A stretch of DNA of 64,000 bases from IMG/VR virus record IMGVR_UViG_3300032246_003079; one strand, 5' to 3'. The notes under the pieces were generated by a model. The model worked only from the letters and a program-made list of their open reading frames with translations, had not been told where the DNA came from and made no database searches. Both the position numbers and the translations under genes were made by a program. Below are positions 16,640-24,567 of this stretch, piece after piece; position 1 is the first letter of the stretch; every line of letters begins with the position of its first letter. Origin of the DNA: a virus.

Positions 16640-19600
16640 ATGGCATCTAGTAATAAGGTTTTCGTCTCACCTGGTGTTTACACTTCAGAAAGAGATTTAA
16701 CTTTTGTTGCACAAAGCGTTGGTGTAACAACTTTAGGTATTGTCGGTGAAACCATTCAGGGTCCCGCATTTGAACCTATTTTCATAACAAACTTTGACGA
16801 ATATCAAGTTTATTTTGGGGGAACAAGTCCTGAAAAATTTGTAAATACACAAATACCAAAATATGAGGCGTCTTATATTGCAAAGGCTTACTTAAGTCAA
16901 TCAAATCAATTATTTGTAACAAGAATACTTGGATTATCAGGTTACGATGCTGGACCATCTTGGTCAGTTGTTACTATTGCAAATCCAAATCCTGCAACAA
17001 TAGCAGCAACAGGAAATACGACAGGTATTACATTAAACTTTACAGGAAAAACGGGTACTAGTGGAAATATTACAATTACAAGTATTCCGTCACAACTAAG
17101 TGCTGATTTTAATAAGACATACACAACTTATAACGGAGGAACTTCTACATTAAATGCTGATTTTCAAAACTTTATTTCTACTAACGTTAATAGCTTTAGT
17201 GTGAGTGCGTCTACTTCAGGAAAAACTGCAATTTATTGGGGGACTTTAAGTGCGAATACATTAACATATGTGTCGGGGTCTTCAGTGAATACCGTAACAG
17301 CAACTTCTGAAACATTCGGAGTGAATAATGTTAATTTATCTTTAGCTAATCTTTCCGCAGATACAAACGATACATGGTATTACGCATTATTTGATTATAA
17401 TAAAGTTCAAAGTGTTGGTTCGTATTATGGGTATGGTTTTGGAGCATCAATTAAGGGAATTGCATCTATAGGTGGTGGAGTATATTCAGGTCAGTGTAAT
17501 ATTGGTATGACATTCTACTCAGGTTCACCTTATAGTGAATGGGATGATTTAGTTGTATCAACACTACGCTCAAGAGGTCTTACCACATATTCTTCAACAC
17601 AACACGGACCAAAATATTGGGTTACAGGAACAAGTGATGTTCAAATGGTATGTACTGGTACATATTCAGCAGTTACAAGTGACCCATATTCAACTTTTGT
17701 AATATCAGGTATTACATATGATTCTGAAACATTTAGTTTTGAAACCTCAATGTTGTCTACAAATTCTAACTATATGTCAAGTTTGTTTGGTAAATCAAAC
17801 TTTGCAAAAGATAGAAACGCAGTTCCAATTTTTGTTGAGGAAATTTACCCAAGTTTATTAAATTCAGGATATAACAATAGTAAAATTAGAGGTTTATACT
17901 GTGATTTAATTGCATTAGACAGTGCTGAATCATTAAATACTGAAACTATTGGTTTCTATTTAGAACAATATCAAACACCTAAAACTCCTTACTTAGTATC
18001 TGAACTAAGAGGTAATTTGGTTTATAACTTATTTAGATTTGTATTAATTTCTGATGGTAACGCAGCTAATAGACTTGTAAAAATATCAATAGGTAATATA
18101 TCTTTTACAAACAATACTTTTGACGTGTTTGTTAGAGACTTTTATGATACTGACCAAAATGTAAAAGTAGTAGAAAGTTTCACAAACTGTTCATTAGACC
18201 CTTCACAAAATAACTTTATAGCAAATAAAATTGGTACTTCTAATGGTGAATATCAAGTAAAATCTAAATACTTGATGATTGAAATGGCCGATGAAGCACC
18301 AACAGACGCACTACCTTGTGGATTTGAGGGTTATATCATGAGAGAATACTCAAACGCAACACCTCCTTTTGTAATATACAAAACAAAATATTTAAAACCG
18401 GGAGAACAAATAGACAATCCTCCTTTTGGTTCTGCAAACGGTGGTAATAATATTAGAATTTCATCAGGTGAGAATGTTAGAAAAGCGTACTTAGGTATTT
18501 CTAATATCACAGGTGTTGATTATGATTTATTTGAATACAAAGGTAAACAACTTCCAACAAATATTGCAACTGATACTACAGGTCCTGATTGGGGTTATGT
18601 AACTAAAGGTTTCCATATGGATAGTGGGGCAACTATTGTAACTATTTCTAACGCTTATGTTACTTCAGGTCAGTCGGCGTTTGAAGTGGGAGTAGGTTCA
18701 TTCTCAAGCGAACCTTTAGACAGTGATAATCCTTATTACTTCTTAAATACAAGAAAATATACTTTATATGCTTACGGTGGGTTTGACGGTTGGGATATTT
18801 ATAGAGAGTCAAGAACAAACGCAGATACATTTGCGTTAGGTCAGACAGGATACAAAAAAGGTGCTGCCGCTTCTGCAACATATCCTACCGCATCAGGTTG
18901 GGGAGCGTTCAAACAAATTTCAGGACCAAACCAAGAGACTTGGGCGAACACTGACTTTTACGCTTACAAATGGGGTCAATCAACTTTTGCAAATCCTGAA
19001 TCTACAAATATAAATGTGTTTGTTACACCAGGAATTGACTATGTAAACAACAGTAACTTAGTTGAAGATGCGGTTAATTTGATTGAGGAAGATAGAGCAG
19101 ATTCAATTTACATCTGTACTACACCTGACTTTAACTTATTCTTACCTTCTTACCAAAATATAGAAGAGGGGTTAATTTATCCTCAACAGGCGGTTGACAA
19201 CTTAGAAAATACAGGTATTGACTCTAACTACACAGCTACTTATTATCCTTGGGTATTAACAAGAGATACTGTTAATAACACTCAAATTTATCTTCCACCT
19301 ACGGCTGAAGTTACTAAAAACTTAGCATTGACAGACAACATCGCATTCCCTTGGTTCGCATCGGCGGGTTACACGAGAGGTCTTGTAAACGCAATTAGAG
19401 CGAGACGTAAGTTGACACAAGAAGATAGAGACACATTATATAAAGGTAGAATCAACCCAATTGCAACTTTCAATGATGTTGGTACAGTAATTTGGGGAAA
19501 TAAAACTCTACAAATTAGAGAATCTGCACTTGACAGAATCAATGTTAGAAGATTATTACTACAAGCTCGTAAGTTAATTTCAGCGGTGGCAATTAGATTG

Positions 19601-19843
19601 TTATTTGAACAAAACGATGACAAAGTAAGACAAGACTTCTTAGATTCAGTAAATCCAATTTTGGATTCAATTAGAAGAGACCGAGGTTTAATTGACTTTA
19701 GAGTTACAGTTTCAAATACACCTGAAGATTTAGACTCAAACACTCTTACAGGTAAGATTTACTTGAAACCAACAAGAGCGTTAGAATACATTGACATCGA
19801 GTTTGTTATTACACCAACGGGAGCATCATTTGACAACGTATAA
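16640..19843 (+). CDS. Contractile tail sheath protein with large inserted domains
   Basis: FVSPGVYTSERD N-terminus; PWFASAGYTRG, RINPI, IWGNKTLQ, LDRINVRRLL, KPTRALEYIDIEF. Confidence 0.95.
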   Translation: MASSNKVFVSPGVYTSERDLTFVAQSVGVTTLGIVGETIQGPAFEPIFITNFDEYQVYFGGTSPEKFVNTQIPKYEASYIAKAYLSQSNQLFVTRILGLSGYDAGPSWSVVTIANPNPATIAATGNTTGITLNFTGKTGTSGNITITSIPSQLSADFNKTYTTYNGGTSTLNADFQNFISTNVNSFSVSASTSGKTAIYWGTLSANTLTYVSGSSVNTVTATSETFGVNNVNLSLANLSADTNDTWYYALFDYNKVQSVGSYYGYGFGASIKGIASIGGGVYSGQCNIGMTFYSGSPYSEWDDLVVSTLRSRGLTTYSSTQHGPKYWVTGTSDVQMVCTGTYSAVTSDPYSTFVISGITYDSETFSFETSMLSTNSNYMSSLFGKSNFAKDRNAVPIFVEEIYPSLLNSGYNNSKIRGLYCDLIALDSAESLNTETIGFYLEQYQTPKTPYLVSELRGNLVYNLFRFVLISDGNAANRLVKISIGNISFTNNTFDVFVRDFYDTDQNVKVVESFTNCSLDPSQNNFIANKIGTSNGEYQVKSKYLMIEMADEAPTDALPCGFEGYIMREYSNATPPFVIYKTKYLKPGEQIDNPPFGSANGGNNIRISSGENVRKAYLGISNITGVDYDLFEYKGKQLPTNIATDTTGPDWGYVTKGFHMDSGATIVTISNAYVTSGQSAFEVGVGSFSSEPLDSDNPYYFLNTRKYTLYAYGGFDGWDIYRESRTNADTFALGQTGYKKGAAASATYPTASGWGAFKQISGPNQETWANTDFYAYKWGQSTFANPESTNINVFVTPGIDYVNNSNLVEDAVNLIEEDRADSIYICTTPDFNLFLPSYQNIEEGLIYPQQAVDNLENTGIDSNYTATYYPWVLTRDTVNNTQIYLPPTAEVTKNLALTDNIAFPWFASAGYTRGLVNAIRARRKLTQEDRDTLYKGRINPIATFNDVGTVIWGNKTLQIRESALDRINVRRLLLQARKLISAVAIRLLFEQNDDKVRQDFLDSVNPILDSIRRDRGLIDFRVTVSNTPEDLDSNTLTGKIYLKPTRALEYIDIEFVITPTGASFDNV

Positions 19844-19848
19844 TAAAT

Positions 19849-19876
19849 GTGGGGGGTCACTCCCCCACTTATTTTT
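19849..19876 (+). terminator. Intrinsic terminator after the sheath gene
   Basis: GTGGGGGG-TCAC-TCCCCCAC followed by TTATTTTT. Confidence 0.8.
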
Positions 19877-19890
19877 AAAATATAAATAAA

Positions 19891-20028
19891 ATGAAAATTA
19901 AAAAGAAAGTTATTAAAGAGTCAGTTGGAATTAAAGATTGGTCGGACAAAACTTATTCCACAAAAAAACAAAATGTAGTTTTAACTGAATCTCAGTTAGA
20001 AAAACTTTTAGAAAAACTTCAAAAATAA
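19891..20028 (+). CDS. 45-aa small protein (absent from the ORF track)
   Basis: MKIKKKVIKESVGIKDWSDKTYSTKKQNVVLTESQLEKLLEKLQK; A-rich leader; TAATG overlap with the next gene. Confidence 0.7.
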   Translation: MKIKKKVIKESVGIKDWSDKTYSTKKQNVVLTESQLEKLLEKLQK

Positions 20029-20918
20029 TGGATATTAAAGGGTATGTTAGAAAATTTGTTCGACAAAGATTGAACGAAGGTTTTGACGATGTAGGTAGGC
20101 CTGACTTAAAATATTATGCATTTGATTGGGATGATAATATTTTATTCATGCCAACTTCTATTTTGGTTATGGATGAAGACGAAAATGAAATACCCATGTC
20201 AACAGAAGACTTTGCTGAGTATAGAGAAAAAATTGGTTTTGAACCATTTATGTATAAAGGTAAAAGAATCGTTGCTTTTTCTATAGGAGCATTTAAAAAC
20301 TTCAAAGAGTTTGGAAACAAAAGATTTATTATTGATTCTATGGTTGCAAAACCCGGTCCGTCTTGGTCTGATTTTGTGGAATGTATAAATGGTGGGTCGG
20401 TTTTTTCTATAATTACCGCTAGAGGTCATAGTCCTGAAACTTTAAGAGAGGCTGTTTACAACTTAGTAATGAGTAATAAAAACGGAATAAACTCAAGAGA
20501 ATTAGCTAGAAATCTATACAAGTATAGAGAAATAGGAAACAAAGTTAAAGCGGACACTACTGTTAAAGCATTGTCACCATCAGAACTTAATGACTATTTG
20601 GACTTATGTAAATTTGAACCCGTGTCTTTTAAAAAGGGGAACGCTTCTAACCCTGAACAAGCAAAATTTGATGCATTAAAACGATTTATATCTTATTGTA
20701 AGAGTTTGGCAAGTGAATTAAAAAGTCGTTACGGGGTCGAGGGTAGTCCTATGTTTAAAAATGATGTTGAATTTAATTCAAGTTGGGAACCTTATATTGG
20801 TTTTTCAGATGACGATTTAAGAAATGTTGAAAAAATTAAAGAATTATTATCTGGTGAGTATGAAGAATTACCTTTAAACTTATATTTAACAAAAGGAGGA
20901 AATAAAGTTAAATACTAG
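20028..20918 (+). CDS. HAD-superfamily hydrolase/phosphatase
   Basis: Motif I AFDWDDNI, motif II IITARGH, motif III K (QAK), motif IV GFSDDD. Confidence 0.7.
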   Translation: MDIKGYVRKFVRQRLNEGFDDVGRPDLKYYAFDWDDNILFMPTSILVMDEDENEIPMSTEDFAEYREKIGFEPFMYKGKRIVAFSIGAFKNFKEFGNKRFIIDSMVAKPGPSWSDFVECINGGSVFSIITARGHSPETLREAVYNLVMSNKNGINSRELARNLYKYREIGNKVKADTTVKALSPSELNDYLDLCKFEPVSFKKGNASNPEQAKFDALKRFISYCKSLASELKSRYGVEGSPMFKNDVEFNSSWEPYIGFSDDDLRNVEKIKELLSGEYEELPLNLYLTKGGNKVKY

Positions 20919-21021
20919 TTTCTAGTTATAGAATAAATTTAAAATAATTGAAAGTAAATACAAAAAATAATTTAGTAAGTATTTATAGTAAAATAAAATA
21001 AAAATTAAAAAATAAGAAAAC

Positions 21022-21510
21022 ATGGCTGATTTATTAATGAGAATGCCGTTTCAGTACGAACCAAAAAAGAAAAATAGGTTTATACTAACATTTGACTCTA
21101 GTTTGGGTATTAATTCATGGTATGTTGAAAAAGCGTCAAGACCGTCAATTAAAATCGATACAAAAGAAATTAAATTTTTGAATACTGAAACTTATGTTGC
21201 AGGGTCTTTTGCGTGGGAGACTATTTCTGTAACCTTAAGAGACCCGATTGGTCCATCGGCAGCTCAGGCGGTAATGGAGTGGGTTCGTTTACATGCTGAA
21301 TCAGTAACAGGTCGTATGGGTTATGCTGCTGGTTACAAAAAAGATGTGAACTTAGAAATGTTAGACCCAACAGGAGTTGCAGTTGAAAAGTGGATATTAC
21401 AAAATTGTAGTATAACGGAAGCAAAATTTAATGACGTTGGGTATGATGGTTCAGACCTTATGACTGTAGACATGACTTTGAGACCGGATAGATGTATTCT
21501 AGTTTACTAA
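21022..21510 (+). CDS. Tail tube protein (gp19-like)
   Basis: 162 aa; EPKKKNRF, RPS, YVAG...W..ISVTLRDPI, YKKD..LEMLDPTG..VEKW.L. Confidence 0.9.
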   Translation: MADLLMRMPFQYEPKKKNRFILTFDSSLGINSWYVEKASRPSIKIDTKEIKFLNTETYVAGSFAWETISVTLRDPIGPSAAQAVMEWVRLHAESVTGRMGYAAGYKKDVNLEMLDPTGVAVEKWILQNCSITEAKFNDVGYDGSDLMTVDMTLRPDRCILVY

Positions 21511-21534
21511 AATTTTAAAAATAAAATTATAATT

Positions 21535-21560
21535 AATCCCGTCAATAGATGGGATTTTTT
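21535..21560 (+). terminator. Intrinsic terminator after the tail tube gene
   Basis: AATCCCGTC-AATA-GATGGGATT followed by a T-run. Confidence 0.75.
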
Positions 21561-21602
21561 ATTTACAATAATTTTATTCAAAATATTTTTAAAATAAAAA
21601 CT

Positions 21603-22355
21603 ATGGACGAATCAGCAAAATACGGGCAAATGGATTTTAGTTTGCCGCATGACGTAATCAAATTACCATCACAAGGTATATTTTACAAACCAAAAAAAGA
21701 AACTATTAAAGTAGGTTTTTTAACCGCACAAGATGAAAATATTTTGATGTCACAAAATAACGATAAAGATGGGATTATCTATTCATTACTTAGACAAAAA
21801 ATATATGAACCTGGATTTAACATTAATGATATGTTGGATTGTGACGTTCAAGCAGTTTTAATTTTTTTAAGAAACACATCTTTTGGTCCTGAATATAACT
21901 TTACAGTTACTGACCCGAGAACAAATAAAACTTTTGAAACAACAGTTCTTTTAGATTCGTTGGATTACAAACCGATTGAAGAAAAACCTGATTTTGAAGG
22001 GTTATTTTCATACGTATTACCAAAATCAAAAAAAGAAGTTAAGTTTAGAATGTTAACAATCGGAGACCAAAAAGAGTTGGACAAATTTAATTCTCAATAT
22101 CCGGCCGGTATGACAGTACCTATAGCAACCAAAAGATTAGAAAAACAAATTGTAGAAATTGATGGTACTAAAGACCCACTTCAAATTGTAAAGTTTATTA
22201 ATCAAATGCCTATATCAGATGCAAAAGACTTTAGAAGATTTGCATATAAATGTGAACCAAAAATCGATTTACAAAAAGTAATTCAAACCCCGTCTGGAGA
22301 AAAAGTGACTATTGATGTTACTTTTGGGGTGGAGTTTTTTCGCCCTTTCTTCTGA
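21603..22355 (+). CDS. Tail assembly chaperone / baseplate hub assembly protein (gp26-like); likely start 21603
   Basis: IKLPSQG..Y, LTAQDENIL, D..AVLIFLR..SFG..Y, LPKSKK.V.FR.LT, ending FGVEFFRPFF. The ORF-track start at 21549 lies inside the terminator. Confidence 0.7.
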   Translation: MDESAKYGQMDFSLPHDVIKLPSQGIFYKPKKETIKVGFLTAQDENILMSQNNDKDGIIYSLLRQKIYEPGFNINDMLDCDVQAVLIFLRNTSFGPEYNFTVTDPRTNKTFETTVLLDSLDYKPIEEKPDFEGLFSYVLPKSKKEVKFRMLTIGDQKELDKFNSQYPAGMTVPIATKRLEKQIVEIDGTKDPLQIVKFINQMPISDAKDFRRFAYKCEPKIDLQKVIQTPSGEKVTIDVTFGVEFFRPFF

Positions 22356-22500
22356 TTATCAAAAACATCTATTAGACGAAATATATTATTTGGTCAAGTT
22401 TGCAAGATTTTCTTATCGAGACATTATGAGTATGCCAACATATGAAAGAAAGTTCTTCATTAATAAGTTAATCGAGGAAAATAAAAAACAACAAGAATAA
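22342..22500 (+). CDS. gp51-like / 'T'-type chaperone extension, probably reached by frameshifting
   Basis: LLDEIYYLVK...FSY.DI.SMPTYERKFFI.KL in the +1 frame, overlapping the end of the previous gene; no convincing start of its own. Confidence 0.55.
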   Translation, partial: ALSSDYQKHLLDEIYYLVKFARFSYRDIMSMPTYERKFFINKLIEENKKQQE

Positions 22501-22520
22501 TATTTATCAAATAAAACTAT

Positions 22521-24530
22521 ATGATGTTTTTAAATTATACTGACCCCTTTGCTGCTGGTAGTGGTGGAGGAACTGAGATTTATACAAATGTACAGGTTTC
22601 CAACTTTTCAGATAAATTGAACAAGGCGTTTACTTCTGCATTTGACCAAACAAGGGTTGAAGATTTTTTTTTAACACTAGAAGCTAAAGCAACAAAACTC
22701 AATACAACTTTAGGTCAAGGACTTAGAAAGGGAGTTGTAGAATTTCAACAAGAAATTTATAAAGTTTATGAAGAAGGTATACAATATGGTATTGCTTTTG
22801 AAGATGCGGGAAAATTTTTAGAAGGTGTACAATCAAGTATGGGTAGGATGATTCCTACAAGTGCTGAAATGACAAAAAACGCATTAGTTTTTGGAAAAGC
22901 AATCGGAGAAACTCCTGAAAACGTTGCCAAACTTATCGGAGGAATGACTCAATATGGTATTACACAAAGTAAATCCATTGCGATAATGAACAAAGTTGCA
23001 GCAACCGCAAAGGCGTCTGGTGTTGATGCAAAGGTACTAACCAAAACTGTGTCTGATAATATTCAAAAAGCTCAAATATACGGTTTCAAAAATGGTGTTG
23101 AAGGTTTAACAAAAATGGCCGCTCAAGCACAACGTGTAGGTTTAAGTTTAGAGTCTGCACAAAAAACAGCAAACCTAATCTTGCAAGGTGGACCTGAAAA
23201 GGCAGTTGAAATGGCATCTCAATTACAAGCATTAGGTGGTAATATTGGTGCATTAGGAGACACTTATCAATTAATACATATGTCAATGTATGATATGGAA
23301 GGTCTTCAAGACCAAATTATTAAAGCATCATCTGCCGCTGTTGATTTTAATGAAACTACAGGTGAATTTAAAATTGGTGGAGAGGAAATGTTGAGATTGA
23401 GACAACAGGCGGAAATTTTAGGTTTAAGTTATGAAGAGGTCGCAAAAGGAGCAATCAACGCCAGAAAAGAACAAGAAATAATGTCCAAAGTTGATTTGGA
23501 CAATTTAACTGAGGAACAAAGAGGGTTAGTTTCAAGTTTAGCAGAAATTGGACCTGGAGGTAAAGTCTCTATAGATTTACCAGGTTTTGAAGAAGGTACT
23601 AGAGACTTGGCAACACTGATGAAAGATAATAGTTTCATAGATGCATTGAATCAGTACAACAAAGATTTAAAATTGACCGAAAAAGATTTACAAACAGAAA
23701 TGTTACAAAATGCAAAAAATCAACTAAGTGTACAAGATAAGCAACTAGCAACATTAATTACAATTCAAAATCAAGGAATTTTTGGTCAAGGTTTAGATGT
23801 TGGAAAAACAATACTTAAAGCTGGAGAAGATAAAACATTATATGGTGACGCTAAATCATCTCTTGATGGTTTAATCGCACAGTTTAACACATCGTTTAAT
23901 GCTGCAAATACCTCAATTAAAACCGCATACGAATTGCAATTGGCTATTTTTACAACTTTTGTAGCAACTCTTAAAGGTCTTGTTGATAACACGGTCTCGT
24001 TAATTCAATTAAGAATTGGGGCAATAACAACACCTACACCAAGCCCAACAATAAATGTTTCAGATGCGTTTGTACCTGCAGGTGGAAGAAAAATGGTTAC
24101 AAGTTCTTTTGGTAAATTTTTGGGAGACACTAAAGATGATATGTTACTTTCTCCTGGAATTGGAGATTTTTTTAACAAATACAATGAAGCTGAAAACAAT
24201 TTGAAATCAATTGGAGGCCCCAAATCGGGAGGAGATTTATCTTTATTATATAAAAACGCTACTGCTCAACCATCACAAAATTTGGTTGACTTATTAACAA
24301 AATCTTCTTCATTTTCACCAACTAATACAGAAATAACTCAAAAAGTAGAAATAGGAGGTAAAACTGAAGTTACTTTAAACATTAACACAAATATACCACA
24401 AAACCTAATAAACGAAGTTTTGAATACCACTCAATTGAAAGAAACAATTATGACTACAGTTAATACTAGATTAAGTGCTGAATATTCAGATAAATTATCA
24501 AATGCATTTATTACTCAAAAAAGAGGATAA
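22521..24530 (+). CDS. Tape measure protein
   Basis: 669 aa, helical and Ala/Gln/Lys/Met-rich; canonical position after the tube and chaperones. Confidence 0.7.
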   Translation: MMFLNYTDPFAAGSGGGTEIYTNVQVSNFSDKLNKAFTSAFDQTRVEDFFLTLEAKATKLNTTLGQGLRKGVVEFQQEIYKVYEEGIQYGIAFEDAGKFLEGVQSSMGRMIPTSAEMTKNALVFGKAIGETPENVAKLIGGMTQYGITQSKSIAIMNKVAATAKASGVDAKVLTKTVSDNIQKAQIYGFKNGVEGLTKMAAQAQRVGLSLESAQKTANLILQGGPEKAVEMASQLQALGGNIGALGDTYQLIHMSMYDMEGLQDQIIKASSAAVDFNETTGEFKIGGEEMLRLRQQAEILGLSYEEVAKGAINARKEQEIMSKVDLDNLTEEQRGLVSSLAEIGPGGKVSIDLPGFEEGTRDLATLMKDNSFIDALNQYNKDLKLTEKDLQTEMLQNAKNQLSVQDKQLATLITIQNQGIFGQGLDVGKTILKAGEDKTLYGDAKSSLDGLIAQFNTSFNAANTSIKTAYELQLAIFTTFVATLKGLVDNTVSLIQLRIGAITTPTPSPTINVSDAFVPAGGRKMVTSSFGKFLGDTKDDMLLSPGIGDFFNKYNEAENNLKSIGGPKSGGDLSLLYKNATAQPSQNLVDLLTKSSSFSPTNTEITQKVEIGGKTEVTLNINTNIPQNLINEVLNTTQLKETIMTTVNTRLSAEYSDKLSNAFITQKRG

Positions 24531-24567
24531 AAATTAAACAATGTCTATTTATAAAATAAACAAATAA

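Noticed and set aside
20914-20930. Small palindrome ACTAG-TTT-CTAGT after the HAD gene
   Set aside because: Too short and AT-rich to support a terminator or operator call.
21549-21602. ORF-track start for the tail chaperone
   Set aside because: That ATG lies within the terminator stem; the ATG at 21603 has the typical A-rich leader.
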